From assembly GCF_027921745.1 (NCBI RefSeq), contig NC_079238.1:1426001-1490000 (forward strand): a stretch of DNA of 64,000 nt. Direction: 5' to 3'. This document shows, piece after piece, positions 9,857-25,841 of this stretch; the stretch's first letter is position 1; the number at the start of each line of letters is the position of its first letter. Under the pieces are notes generated by a model. The model ran no database searches, was not told the DNA's origin, and saw only the letters and a list, made by a program, of their open reading frames with translations. The translations under genes were made by a program, and so were the position numbers. This DNA is from Schizosaccharomyces osmophilus (lineage: Eukaryota).

Positions 9857-12800
9857 TCAAGGGCGACTCAAATTTTCTCTTCGGAAAAATAGTAGATACC
9901 CTACACTTACAATTACTTGTGACAGTAAGCATATCCAAAATGGCGCGTTTCTAAAGATTTTCAGTCCATCTTCAAATTGCCAAGATGTAAAATCCAAAAA
10001 AACAGATGATGGCCCAATTCGATTAGGGGCCGTCGCTCTGGCTATCATCGAAGTAATTGTACCCACAATTTGTCCAACCATTAAAGTAGTTGCTAAATGT
10101 CTTCGAGTCAAAGTTTGCAAAAGTATCATGCCTATACCCACTCCTTGTATACAATCTAACACTCCTAGCCAAAGCCATAAAATACGACCGACGATGGGAC
10201 TAGCCGAACCACACCACGGAAGGTAAACACCCATATTGCTGGTTCCCCACATCATCTGTAGCCATCGTGGTGATCCTAATCCTATCCCAAAAACTGGCAA
10301 GAGCCATGTATGAGTTCTCGATTTCCATCCAAGCAATATCATTGTCGACAGCCATAACATCGCAAAAAAGAAAAACGAAAAAATAAGAATTTTCCAAGGA
10401 GAAAGTATCGAGCTCCCCCATAAGTACTTCCACGACCGACCATATAAGGTTGATAACCAATAATTCTGTACTATAGTTGCAACTAAAAACCACAATACAA
10501 GTTTCCTTCTTAGCAATGCGGAATAGAATGCTGGAATGTTTCCTGGACTTTGCCAATAGTAATCGGGCAATCCAAAAATAAGTAACACACCACACATTAA
10601 CATCAAGATTGCTAAGGGCCAGGCAACTGCCGCTACCGCTCCTAAAGGATAAAATTCATGAGGAAAAAGCCGATGGTCTTGAAGTAACCGGTCAATTTTG
10701 GATCCCCAGTACCACAGGCAGCTCGCCCATATCTGCTGCAATCCTTGAACAATACATGCTCGTATAATCCAAGCAATCACGCTTGCTCCACCCTCATCTC
10801 CAAAATTTAAAGAAAAGTACAAAGATCCACTAGCAGAAGCAATGCCATATATCCATCCAGCTAAGTAACTAATCCATATGCGAAATGTTGTGCTTGTTTG
10901 GATAAAAGAAGATACTCCAATGAGCGTAAAAGCGACAAAGTACAGTCCGAATGGCAATGTCAAACATACGATGTTTGGTAACTTTCGATAAATATACCAC
11001 CAGCCAACGGATGAAACTGCAAATATACTACCGACAATATATAGCTGTTCGGCATATTGCGCCGAAGATCCTGATAGAAGTATTAATTGATAAGAACTAG
11101 CAGCTAATATTTGCCCGAAAGAAAGAATAATGGAATAGACTGGCCATTCACCGAATCTACGCTGCACAAAATATTTAATTCTTGATGTTTGCCTTGTAGG
11201 CAAATCCATAGAAGAACCTTCATCATCGATAAGTTCCTTGTCACATATGTTATCCAGTATAGTTGTAACTCTGTTTAAAGGATCATTCATTAAAAGTTGT
11301 TTGTCTTCATAGTCAAGAAGCATATTGGGGCGTTGAATTCCAAATCTCAGATTTCGAATACCATCAAACCATTCTTTTTTCATTTTTGTTATAAACGCCT
11401 CAATGCATAGTTCATCTTTAGAATTCTTTGGAGTAAGATCCTTTAGGCTTTGGGTAAAATACTCAAGTGCTTTACCATTGTGATCCGTAAAGTCATCATC
11501 TGTTTTCGTTAAGGCAAACTCTTTGTTTCCACTTAGTGTAATGACAGAAGCCAAACTTAACTGAGAGTCATTTTGCTTTTTATAGCGTTCGTTGGGTAAG
11601 ATAGTTGCTTGGTGTACATCCTCTGATGAATCATTGCATAAGGAGTGTTCATTTTTTCCACAACACTGACAAAAAGAGGGATCGCTATTCGAAACCTCGT
11701 GTTCACTAGTATTGTGCAATTCTGTGGGAGTACTGTATTCAGATATTATTCTCACAGATGGCTCATATGAGTGCTCTGAGGTTTCAGAGGTCTCTGCATT
11801 TTCACTGTTATTCGTTCTGGAAAGTCCGATGAGAAATTCATTATTTGAATTTGCCTCGTGCCCGGGTCCTTCTTTGGATCCCAAGGAATACATCCTATTT
11901 AGGTCGGACTGATTATTGAGAGAAGAGGACGCACATTCCTCGTCGTTCATTTGGTCAAAAACGCTTTCGTTGCTTTCGTTGTTAGGCAAACGTACGCTCG
12001 ATAGATTTTTTTGTAGAGGGGAAACGAAACGGGAGCCAAATTTCGAAGTCTTTTCTGAAACTTTTCTATATTTTTTACTCATTATCACACTGTTTTTCAT
12101 CAAGTGATCCAATTTCGCTGTCCATTCTAACACAGGAAACCTTTGACGAGCAGATTGAACTCGCAACCGAGCTCGTTGTAGCTCTGACGAACTTAATGCT
12201 TTTCGACAAGCTTCCTCAAACTGTTGAATTGTATGAGAAGTCGTGTTCGATTCTACGGAATACCACCATCCCGGCATTTGGCCTAAACCGCCTACTCGCG
12301 CTCCAATTCCTAAAGCACCTTTCCTGCCGAATTCTACAGCGACCAATCCAAACGGCTCATCCCTTGAAGGAATTAGGACAAAATCTGCTCCACTGAATAT
12401 ACACGGAGGTAAATGCGTAAACTGCGGTCTCGAGTACACCCGTCCTGGATACTTTTTCATCAAGAAATCGAGCTTTTCGGCAGCAAACTTTCCGTATAAG
12501 TCTATAATTGGACCAATTGTAATCAGCTGAACATTATAGTCTTCCAAAAGAACTGGCGCTATATCAGCAATCAAATCAATTCCTTTCTGCATGGACCATC
12601 TGCCCACAAAAACCAACAAATCGGCGGTTTCATCAATATCAAGTCCAGTCCAACTTTGTGCTTCCCTTTTTTGTTTCTTTTTTTGTTCAATAGATTTTTC
12701 ATCTGTTTCTGCAGCTTCAGAAAGTTCACTCTTAGGCTCAATGCTGGCTGTATCGGCGGGATCAGGATTGGGGAGTTTTCCAATTTTTTTCAGGCCCCAA

Positions 12801-15800
12801 AAAATAGGATACCTATCCCTCGAGCGCTTTCCGTATTTACTCGAAACACCTACTACACCATAGCCTTTTTGGTGAATTCGTATATAGGAAACTCCTGCAT
12901 GTAATAGATTGAAAACATTCCCGAACTGTACATAATTTGTACATGTTTTTATAGATATGTTATACACGGCACAGACTTCGGATTTTTCTTCTGATGTTCG
13001 GAGAGGCCATAAACCCTGAAATTCAGCATTATGTAAAGACATAACACAAGGAATAATACTCGGAAGTAGGTATAAAGGTGCTAAGGCACCATGGTAATCA
13101 TTGATATGATATAAATCAATTGGATATCTTTTAGCAATTCCAGCAATACACTGATTCCAGGCTGAATAAAATATAGCTGAGCTCAAGTCGTCCATGCGAG
13201 GTGGGTAAGGTTCAGAAGTGGTTTGCTTCCTAAAAACGGGAGCTTCTAATAACAAATAGGTAATATTAGATAGATGATGAATATAAACTTTGACTTGGTA
13301 GATCTGATCCAAGACAACGACTTCTAAAGGATCGACTTCTTCCTGCACAGGATATTCAACATTTCCAACACAGGGAACAACCCATAATAAATCATGGTGT
13401 TGTAAATGTTTTCCCATTAGCTCCGCCATCACTCCCAATCCTCCGATCTTAATTTTTATTTGCCAGTCTGGAATGTTGTATTCGAGTGTTGCAACTAAGG
13501 CCAGCAATCTTCCTTTAGCAGAATGAGATTGCTGAAATGTTTCCAATTCAAACGATAAAGGTTGTTGAACTTGATCATCTTTTCGGAAAGGCTTGAAAAA
13601 CTTCCCTTTCCAAACAGTCTTTAGCTGTTCACCATCATTAAGTCGAACTTTATAGAAATAAGTTTTGAAACCCCAAACAGTTAGAATTGCGGATAATAAA
13701 GGTGTTGTTGCAAACGTAACAAAAAATAGTATGGATACAGTTGATGACCCCTTAGGGAGGAACTTGAAGGTTTTGCTTAGATCATCGATTACTACCTCCC
13801 AGGACAAGTAAGATTTTGGAGGTGGAGTTTGAATTAAAACTACAGACTCCTTAAGCTCAGATGGCGGAAGTCGCGAAAGAACGGAGCTATTTCCATTAGC
13901 GCCATAAACTCTTTTTTGATCGGGCCTTCCAAACTCATCAACATTGTAAACATTGAATTGCAATTTTGAAGGAAATACCTCACTGATAATGGATTTCCTC
14001 CATGTAAAATCATCATTGAATTTTAGTTTATTGGGGATACCTGCATCAAACCCCCATTCATTGTATGGGCCATTCATAAAAAGATGCGGAAACGAACCAA
14101 GTTTACCTATACTTCCTTCCTGAATATGATTTGGTGATGCCGTAATGCGGTTCCAGTATTGTACTGAGACGTGATGACCAACCCAACTTTTCCTCGAAAT
14201 ATTTTTTGCAAAGGAGGTGCATTCTGTCAATGAACCTTGATAGTGTTCCCATGTAGACCAACTGAGGCCAAAATCGAAAGAATATCGAAATAAGTCAGCA
14301 CCTGCTGCCTTATGTTTAATGTACAACATTTCATTATCTTCAACTAACAAATCGGGGACTCTAGTTGCATTCTGGAAAACCACTGGATTATCGGGTTTCC
14401 CGAACCGAAGTGTAACGCGATAAAGAGAATCGCTCTTCGATATATGATTGCTAGTATGTACCTCGGGAAGAATAATTTGATGGACTCCATCATGGATATT
14501 TATTAATAAGCCTGACCATGAAAACTTTGCGGTCGGGTATCCAAAATAATACTCATTTTCTGGTTCATTGACTCTCTGGCAAACGACTGAATCTTTGTCA
14601 AGTTCCATAATAGTTCCTGTTTCTGTTTTAGAGATAAATGACAATTTTCTGCTAATTTCATCGCAGTCCATCTCCTCGGAAAACATTATTTGGAACTTGT
14701 GCTGACCATTCTCATTTAGCAATCTGGCATCATGGGTAGGATTGAAAGATGTAATACGAGGAAGATATTCAATAAATCGTTCTTTGGGAACAAAAATCTT
14801 AAAGCCCCATGCAGGAAGAGTAATTTGAGGAATACAACCAAGATAAGACTTGAACTGGCCTGAAAATGTATTTGATTCACGAAGGGTGTATTCTTCATAT
14901 GGAAAGATAATATTCTTCACAGTAATACCTTCCCGAAAAGGAGATACAATGGCGTTTGAAGAAGAGCAAGGAAAATCGAGTGTCACAGATTTATTTTCAT
15001 TAGTGTACAAAAACCATAAGTCACCAACCCATGAATTCTCTTGCTGGTAGTCAGTTGAATTTTGAAGAGGTTCAAGAAATCCTCTTACGATGCTCCAAAT
15101 ACCGATTTCAGTTGGGGTTGATCCACTGTTTGGAAATTGTGAATAACTAGTCCAATTGGAAATCTTTTTTGACTTCCAGCCATCTTTAACAGCAGGATAA
15201 TGGTTACGTATTTGGTTGTAAATTTTAAGCATTTGCAATTCAGGTTTTGCAAAATCAAAGTGGTCTAGAGTATTCCAGTCATCTTTACAACCATCTAAAG
15301 CTTTAGTAAAAGGCATATTGGGGTACTGATCAGAAAATAGTGTATAGCAACCATGAATTTTCCAGGCAGGTGATGAAGGCATGGCTTGTCTACCGTACAA
15401 GTAATTGTCGGCAGTATTATCTAAAACGTAAAGCCCTTGTTCATCACCATAATAAATTGAAGGAATACCTGGAAACAGAAAATATGTTACCATAGTCCCC
15501 AATAGAAGACGCTTGACGCCATCATAAATAGCAGGCCATCGGAAAACATCATGATTTGTAACACCTAGCAAATGGCGAGGATCAATTGATTTGGTATTGG
15601 GATTATAAAAATCCTCATTGATGGCCATCTGATTCCAAAGTTCTGTGAATTCGACAGGAAGATCATAGGGAACTTGTAAATCACCGTCCATATGCAGAAA
15701 TCTTGTTAATGCGCGATAAACAGAATAGTGGAACGCAGAAGCATCAAGAGCATTAAGCCCAGGTTTCCTTAGGTAATTTTCCTTGATTAATTCCGACTTG

Positions 15801-16969
15801 TTTAAGGAAGACCAAAGTGAGGATGGTCTTTGATCAGGTTGCCGTCCTTGTCCATAATAAATGGAACCGTAGCTGGACGAGCCTGTTACTTCACCTGGAA
15901 TGAAAAAATTCTTTTTGTTGTGTCTTAGTGCACATTCACGGACGGAGGCAGCCCATGAAGCAAGGAAATCAACTGTAATTTGTGTTGCTTTGTCGATACG
16001 AAATCCATCGATATCAAGAGATGAGATCACTATACAGGCAAAACGCTTGAGCTTTTCGGAAACAGATGGCTTCCAATCTCTTAAGCGATCTTGAACAGAT
16101 GCAAACTTTGAAAGCTGACGTTCCCAGTCAGGATGCGTACCAAAAGCTTCAGTATCGCCATACTGACTGAAATCTGAATTGTAACACCCAACGTAGTCAA
16201 TAACTACCGGAGCACCGTCTTCGCCCCAAAATCTAGGAAGTTGGCAGTCTGGATCATATTCATTGGAGAAATCCCAATCAGGGTAACTTTGCGAGTCTTT
16301 CCAAACCGCTTCATGCTCGAACAACGAAAATGGTGTGGTAGTGTTCAAATACTTCTTAAACCCAACCAAGTCACCTAACGTAGCCACGGTCAAATCCAAA
16401 ACCAAATACAGTCCTTTTCTATGAATTTCTTCTATTGTATCTCTCCATTGCGCGATAGTACCTGAATGATGATCGAGGACAGTGAAGTCCAGTGGTGAGT
16501 ACTGATCTGCACCCCAGGGTTGATTTAAGAATGGTGTACCAGCGATATAGATAACCTTAAATGGTTAGCGAACCTTTTGTTTACTGTAAACATTGCTTAC
16601 CTTTATACCCATTGAAATTAAATAATCCAGTGAATCTTTCAATCCAACGATGTCTCCACCGCTTCTGAATCCTGTTTCGCGTATATCGTACTCGTAGACT
16701 GTGTTGTTCGCTTCATTGTTTGTTGGATCTCCATCTTTCCATTTGTCTAAAATAATTGTGTAAAACGGCACTCTCCAGTCGTCGGGGCTAGGGTGATATT
16801 TGTGGTTTTCCCATTCCCCCCAGTAATCCAAAGGATGCACCGCTTCACGGTTTTGATTTAAATTCCAGGGAACCTCACGTTCATCAAATCTAGCAGCAAT
16901 TGTTTCATAACCTGTTAATAAGAAATATAAAATTGCAATCTTCATTGCAATGTTGCATTGGAAACCCAT
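9857..16969 (-). CDS. mok13: Alpha-1,3-glucan synthase (Mok13-type), about 2355 aa; exons 16969-16601 and 16555-9857
   Basis: Signal peptide, GH13 amylase-like domain (DGFRIDKA), GT5 synthase domain (KIGGLG, PSRDEPFGLVAVE), multipass C-terminus ending RRENLSRP. Intron 16600-16556 reads GTAAGC..GCTAAC..AAG. Paralogue identity comes from the position between zrt1 and dna2. Confidence 0.9.
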
Positions 16970-17151
16970 TCTTATATATTTGTAACCCAGAATGCAGGTA
17001 CTTTTTAAATTGGCAATATGGTGGTAAATAATTAGAGGAACAGTTCCAATTCTATTAGTTTTAATGAACTTCTTAGCTTTTATTGGAAAAGAAATGGAGG
17101 TTTCGGTGATAGTTGGCAGTATGCAAAGGATATCTTCTCGATATAGCTAAT

Positions 17152-17314
17152 GTAAACAAACATTAGGAATCTTGGATATACTGTATACATGAAATTGTAC
17201 AAGGATTCAATTTTAATTATATAAATTTAATTTCATCTATTTATATAAGCTGAGTTTTGTATATTTTCCCTTTAGGAAAAAAGCGTCCATCAAAGTACTT
17301 AAATGTTTGTTTAC
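17152..17314. promoter_or_regulatory. Two FLEX (forkhead/Mei4) sites upstream of mok13
   Basis: GTAAACAAA at 17152-17160 (+) and 17306-17314 (-); fits a sporulation-specific gene. Confidence 0.65.
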
Positions 17315-17909
17315 TTTTGTTTTTACATATAAATAACAACTTACACAAAGTAAAAGAAACCCATAGCCTAAAATAGGCTTAGAATAGGAAGTTATTACTG
17401 TAAAAGTATAATATATAGAAAAGAAATCGTCAAAACATGATTTATTCTTGCAAGTCAGCATGAATAACAAAACGATGATGCTGAAACTTGTTTTACAGCC
17501 AAACTCAATTCTACCCGGAAGAAATGAAATATTATTGTCAATTGTTACATTTAAGAAAATAAATGAAGCGTATCACAGTGTCTGAGGAACTAAAGCGATT
17601 TCCCATTTTACTTCGTAACTCACAAAACTAGACTACTCTGACCCGGCACAGAGTTTTAACTTCAGCATCCTTTCTTTTTCTAGGCCTTTTCCTTTCAGGC
17701 CAACGTCGCTCTTTTATCATATTTATTATTTACTATTCTACGATTCTTTGTGCTCAGTTTTGTGTCTAAAAAATTGTTAAAGCCACTTGATAATATTACG
17801 AGTGCTAGAAAACTTCAATCATTGGACTTTTCTTTCTTTCTTTCTTTTTTTTTCTTTACTTTCTATATACTCATGGATTTGCATACTTCATGATCTTAAC
17901 TCTTGAGTT

Positions 17910-20900
17910 ATGTGTGAAGACTCTGAAGGTAGGAATTTCTCAAGGAATCGTACATTTGTAAATGCTGTAAACAATCAGCAACCTTACTCTCAAAATGCTA
18001 GCGGAAAAATTTATAGGTCTACTTCTCATCCTGCAAGGTTGAAAGAATACCGATTGAATGGCCAAACAAAGTCAAAATTACAGAGCTTAGCATTCAATCC
18101 CTCTCAAACAACTTCGAACCCTACGGAAGGAAATTTTAGCAAAGTATCACGAAGAACAAGTACTTCGCCCCCATCTGTTCAATCAGATACTGAGGTACTC
18201 CATGGTTCAGAAACCTTGGTACATGAAAAACCAAGTTTATTCAGTACATCGAAAGACACGACCTTAAAAGGCGGGTTTGATGAAACAAATAAAAATGGTA
18301 ACTTTGATATACTACAGAAGTGTTACTAATATTAAAACAGAAGAATACTCGAACAATTTACCGAACTTCTCTCCGAATAAAGGGAAATCATTAAAATCAA
18401 CAAATGATGTTCAGCTCACGGCTGGCTCTAGTTTTAATAAGTCGAACATAAAAAATAAACGGGTTTTAGAGAGAAGCGTTTCCGATAGCAAGAAGCTTTC
18501 TCCAAAGCGAAAGAAAAAAGAATCCTCTGGTCTCTATAAGGGCTCCTTCAATGAAGATAATCAAGAATATTATAGTTTTGGTAGTCCTTTAGATAGAATT
18601 CCTAGCCTTGTTTCTGTCATTCAAAGTGCTAAATCTTCCAGTCAAAGCGCTAAAAGTGAATGCTCAGTTTCTAACGCTGATGGATCGGATACAGAACTTG
18701 ATGACGACCCTTTTGAGTTAGAAGATGATGACTTCGCGGCCCTTGATTCGATTGAAGTTCAGTATAAACAAAAATCACTTCATGGAAGTCACCAAGGTTC
18801 TGAAGTTCTATCTCTTGAATCATCAAACAAGGTTGATGATCCTATACCTGTTTCTGATTACGACATGAAAGCTCATCCGTCTGATTCCAATCTTAACCAT
18901 AATTATATCGAAGGAACTGGTGAGGATTTCTTGGATGATTGGGATGAATCTTTTGATAATGAATTACCAGCTCTCAATTCCTCGTATAGTCATACGGAAT
19001 TAACTATTATTGAGGTAAACGATGATTTTTACATTCACAATGAACGAAATTATCCACAGTTAAAGATCGTTGTGTATACTGAAAACGATGAGGTAATGAA
19101 ACAGGTTTTCCTTCGAGAGGACTGGTTAGATACTCCTATCTATATAGGTGACTTGGTGTATTTAGAGGTGGAATTCAATTCATCGATGGAAGCCATTATC
19201 GATAACTCCAAAGGATTTATTATAGTGCATCCAAAATTACTACTTTCGGCAACTGCTGTTGCTGAATCTTTTTCGTGTATGCGCAAAGCAGCTCTTTCAG
19301 ATAGAGTCGTTAACTATGGGTTGCCGTCAAAGCCAACCGTTTCTGGTAACATTCTTCATGATCTGTTCCAAAGTGCTCTAAAGGATCAAGAGAATGCTGT
19401 AACTAACATAACTTCGATCCTCGAAGATTCTATAAACAAATACATGATAGATATTTATTTTGCGAATCTCAAAGTTGATGAATGTCGAGAAGAACTAAGC
19501 GCTCGTGTGCCTCTTCTTTTGGATATCGTCAAGAAGTTTTTCCAAAACGCATATTCTGATAAGTCCAGTCAACAAGGAAAGAAAATCTCTATTCAAAAAC
19601 TGCTTGACGTAGAGGAATCTATATGGTCTCCTAAATATGGACTTAAGGGAAATATTGACGCGACTGTAGAAGCCCTACTGAAAAATTCGTCAGGGGAAAC
19701 ACTTACTTTAACCGTACCCTTGGAATTGAAAACAGGAAAATATATAAACAACATCAGCCATTTCGCGCAAAGCTTGTTATATACTTTGCTAGTCTCTGAT
19801 CGTTACAGTATTGGGGTTCAAAATGCTTTGTTATGCTATTTGGAAAATAGCAGTCTGGTAGATTTGTCAGCGTCAAAATCACAAATTCGTGGTTTGCTTA
19901 TCGCGCGCAATACTTTAGCACAGCATAATATTCGTCGTTCTTTACCGACAATGCTTAAAAGTGAACATCAGTGTAAGCGCTGCTATGCAGTTAATGAATG
20001 TTTTCTTTATCATAAAGCTCTTGAAAATGGAACTCCCGAAACTTCAGGCGTCAAAGATTTGTATAATTCAATTACAGATCAACTCGGCGAAATTGAATTG
20101 CAATTTTTTAAGAAATGGGAAAGACTCGTGACACAAGAAGAAAATTTAACCCTTAAACGAAAAGGCGATATACTCACAACGAATTTCTATGAACTGGAAT
20201 TATTAGGGAAATCGTTGTGTGGTCTTACAATAAAAGAAGAAAAAATTGTTCCTCTTGAAATTGACGAGAGCCTCTATTATTTTAAACTTGGTTTACAAAG
20301 TCGCGGGCAAATAAGAAGCTCAAGCTTTAGTATCGGTGATCGTATTTTCGTTTCAGACGAAGAAGGACATTGGTCTTTAACCAAAGGTATTATCAAAGAT
20401 ATAAATAATGATTACGTTTACATACAGACATTTCGCCATTTATTGACTCCTTGGAAAAAGCTAGATAACTTTGATGCCCAAAACAATCAGGTGTTTTATG
20501 GAAGCTATCATAAAAAGGAACAGAAGTACCCAGAAGTCACAAAGACATTTAGAATTGATAAAGATGAGTTTTCTGGTGGTATATCTTCAGTGAGAAGTAC
20601 TTTAATTGCTTGCGTTTTACCTGATGCTCCAATTACCATAAAGGATATGATTATCAGATTAAAGCCACCGACATTTAATTATTCGAATTGTCGCTTAGAG
20701 TCTTCACAAACAGAAGGATTAAACGAAGATCAAATTAACGCCATAAGAAAATGTCAAGCTGCTGACAATTATGCGCTTATCCTTGGTATGCCGGGAACCG
20801 GCAAGACCACGACAATTGCACGGTTAATTCTATCATTTTTAGATAAGGGCGCTTCAATTCTCTTGACATCATTTACGCACTCTGCTGTGGATAATATACT

Positions 20901-22075
20901 GCTTAAACTGCAGCATTCAAACTACGATATACTACGATTGGGGTCAAGTCATAAAATCCATTCAAAAATTAAAAAATTTTGTCGTACAGCCGATGATTTA
21001 CCGAATGACTTAGAGTCTATTAAAGAGTTTTATGAAGCACCTCAGATTGTTGCATGTTCCGCGCTTGGAGTATACCATCCTCTATTTCTACTTCGAAAAT
21101 TTGATTATTGCATAATTGATGAAGCATCTCAAATACCTCTTCCTGTCTGTTTAGGACCATTGATGCATACCGAAAAGTTTATTTTGGTAGGTGATCACTA
21201 TCAACTCCCGCCTTTGGTGAAAAATCCAAGAGCTGCGAAAGGTGGACTAGCCAAAAGTTTGTTTAAGTTGCTTTCAGAGAAACATCCAGAGGCCATAGCA
21301 ACGCTAAAATTACAATACCGGATGAATCATGATATAAATTCTCTATGCAACAATTTAATTTACGGCGGTAACTTGATTTGCGGATCAAAGGAAGTTTCTG
21401 TAAACAAGCTCTATCTACCTTCAAACAAAGTACCCGCTGAAAAGCCTGACAATATAACAAACATGAGTTGGGTTCGCCATTTATTAAATCCGGATAATTC
21501 TGTTGTTTTCTATAATACTGACTTACTTAGTAATCTGGAAAATAAGAAGGACAGAGTTATGGAGAACCGGACGGAGGCTACACTGTTAGCTTGTGCGGTC
21601 CGCTCATTGTTGACAATGGGTATAGAACAAAAACATATTGGCATCATATCTATATATAAGAGCCAGGTTAACCTTATTAAAAACGAACTGAAATCTTCTG
21701 AGGAATTGGAAATTAATACCGCTGACAAATATCAAGGTCGAGATAAAGAGATTATCTTCATATCATTTGTTCGCTCAAATTTAAGAAAAAATGTAAGAAA
21801 CAAATTAATTGAAGCAACTGCTAATGCCATAATTATAGGTCGGGGATTTGCTGCGCGATTGGCACCGCATAAACGTTGCTCTGAGTAGAGCCAAAGTGAA
21901 ATGTGTTATGTTTGGGTCATTTGCTACTTTGTCGAATTCAGTAGTGATGAATGAACTCATTATGCTGCTTACTAAAAACGAATGGGTTTATAATATTCAA
22001 CCTAACGATATAAAGGAGACTCAGGATGAAAATTTGGTTCTGACCATGTGCAAATCGTATACCGCTATTGAATAA
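17910..22075 (+). CDS. dna2: Dna2 nuclease/helicase, about 1358 aa; exons 17910-18297, 18341-21792, 21839-22075
   Basis: GLKGNIDAT..ELKTG nuclease motif, Fe-S cysteines, GMPGTGKTT, IIDEASQ, GDHYQLPP, NVALSRAK. Introns 18298-18340 and 21793-21838 explain the three ORF pieces. Confidence 0.95.
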
Positions 22076-22292
22076 AGAATGGAAGCATATTCATGGAAGC
22101 GCTTAGTTATGAATAATTACTAAATTAAATTAAAGGCTTATTTAGTTAATTTCAAATATATTTTGAGTTATAATCTGATAAACGAAAGGGAATTGTGTAT
22201 AAAATAACCTTTTAGTATAGTAGGTACCAAATTTTTATTATTTTACCCTAATATTAGTTATTGGTTAAATTATATGCCGTAAAACCAGTTAT

Positions 22293-23464
<1,172 letters not shown>

Positions 23465-23917
23465 AATCCTACTTTTGTGAAGTATATATACAAGACTGTT
23501 CTAAGACCCTAATAATTTCGCCCTTTAAGGAAGCAATGCCACGACTCTTCCTTTCAATAGATGAAAAGACAAGCAGAGGAAGAGACAGAGAAATGACAAC
23601 TTTACAAAATCTCTTTTCCAAAAGTCAAAATTCTAAGAATTCTATAAAACAAGAACCGCTCTAGTGAAGGGACTTTGTATCACAGTTTCAAGGATTAGGT
23701 GGAGGTAGAGGTATAAGCAAACTATATAGAAAGACCGGATGTTCAAGGACTTAACTATGTAAGTAGAGTTTATGAGAGCATTGGAATTTTGAAAAATTTA
23801 ATCAAGTATCTTAATGATTATACAAGCTTGCAAAAAATGAACATTTACTAACTCAGATGTGTGGATCATAACTTAATGTCAAGATTTAGTTTATTTTTAC
23901 TTAATTTATAAGAAAGG

Positions 23918-25493
23918 TTAGGCAGTACGATTCGCACCCATAAAGTACTAAAGAGGGTTAGTAAAGAAATAATCAACATCAAAGGTCGGTCATACCTTTC
24001 TACGGAAATCATGATGAGAGGGAGTCTTTGAAGTCATTTGCATATCTTCTAATGATACCTGTTTTGTTTCAGATCGAGGTAAACGTTCAAAAGTTAGCAA
24101 GCGACGAGACCCTAGACCGGTGTTAGTGAGAAAGTAAAAATATCAACAAGCTTCTTTCATACAATGCGTAAATGGTTGGACACTATTGCATATTAAAGAG
24201 AGACAAGGATGACGAGGGATGTCTTCAATGCTATATTCTTCCGTGATAGTAGGAAGCCAAAGAACTAATCGGCCATCGTCTACTAGATGCTTGACTGCAA
24301 AACAGATCAGATCAAAAACCATGTCGCTAATCTGATACTGCTCAAGTTTAGGGTAATGAGGTGTTGATGCTGAAGCAGAAGTTGATTGACTTGGCGTGGA
24401 AGGACCTGACGAAGATTTTGCAATTTTCTTTGCGCCTGCACGTACACCATATGGAGCTAATGAAGTGATTAGTAAATAAGCCTTGTTTAGCATAAACTTA
24501 CGATCACAAACAATTGCATCCAGAAGAAAGTCTTGCCTGAGGGGACAATTGGTTACGTCTCCAGTAAAAACATCTAAAAAGGAATTTGCCAATCGATATT
24601 GGGTAAAGTTAGATCGTATCGATTTCCCTCCCTTCCCTCTCATTTGCCTTCCATCAATGTCAGAACCTGGATTAAATATGTTAGCAAACCATTAGAGACT
24701 TCAATATTTTCGTACCCATAGTAAATGCACCAAAATAGCTACATGTGTATAGGAAGCTTCCTGTGCCAACAAATGGATCATATACCAATTTCCCCGGCAT
24801 CGCCATAGCCATCTGAGCTGTAATTAGTGAAAGCTCAGCGTCAAAGCTAGTGATCCCTATATAATTTCTTCTTTTCAAATCAAATTTCTCAATGGCATCT
24901 CGTGAACTACCACCGCACCAACGACCAAAATACATTTTTGATCCTTCAACATCTTTACTGCGATTTTCCAAGAGGGTGAAAATGCACTCGGGATGTTTCA
25001 TTGAGACCAACCCCTCCAACTTCATGTATCCAAAATCATTTATGATGGATATTTGTTCTTCCATTGTTCGTCGAGTGCCGAAAGTTTCAAATGTGAATTT
25101 ATACGAAGTATTCTTTTGATAGTCTAACCAAGGAGGAGACGGAAGCTTTGAAAGATAATCATGCAAACTATCAAATGTTTCTGAAGAGCCATACAACTCG
25201 TAGACACCTTTGCAGAAAATCGATCTTCGAACCCATTTAGCAGCAGACGCGTCATCTTCAAGTTCTACCAACAGAAATGGATTCAATGTAGTGGCATTTG
25301 TTTGATTAATGGGGTATACAGGCTTTTCACTTCGATAATTTCCAACGCTATTTCCTTGTAGTTCTGAAGTTTTCCTTATACAGGAAGGCTTGATCCATCG
25401 ATATTGAACGGATTCAATCTTTGCTAACGTCTCCAATTCAGGTATATGAAAATCGGCATGTGTCGAAGCTAAGTGAAGAAGATAAATAGCCAT
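23918..25493 (-). CDS. trm11: tRNA m2G10 methyltransferase Trm11; exons 25493-24716, 24666-24502, 24456-24163, 24111-23996, 23947-23918
   Basis: YDPFVGTGS SAM-binding motif, CDPPYGVR across intron 2, WSRRLLT; four canonical introns. Confidence 0.93.
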
Positions 25494-25841
25494 TTTTTAC
25501 CGAACTATTCCTGCGCTTGCGAATACAGGATACTGGTTTAAATCAAATTAATAGTACTATTTCAAATTAATATAAACAAAAAGATCTTCTAAATGCACCC
25601 AAAAATCCCAAACCGCTTTATTTTTTTAATTGGATTGCACTTCTAGTGGTATGTATACACGTACATGTCTAAAGTATTCAATTTTACACTTAACCACTTA
25701 GAAGCAAATTGCATACATTTTCGTTCCTCAGGCGAGAGAACTTAAATGAATTTAAAATTCGATAAATAAAGATAGATTCTGAAAGAATACCGTAAAGACT
25801 GAAACTAAGACCGTTTCTTGCCAAAGTTACAAATTCTGGAA

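Noticed and set aside
17873..17893. 6-codon uORF before dna2
   Set aside because: It lies about 10 bp after a TATA-like sequence, so it is probably upstream of the TSS; no other support.
18277..18340. Apparent frameshift or pseudogene in dna2
   Set aside because: Explained by a canonical 43-nt intron at 18298-18340.
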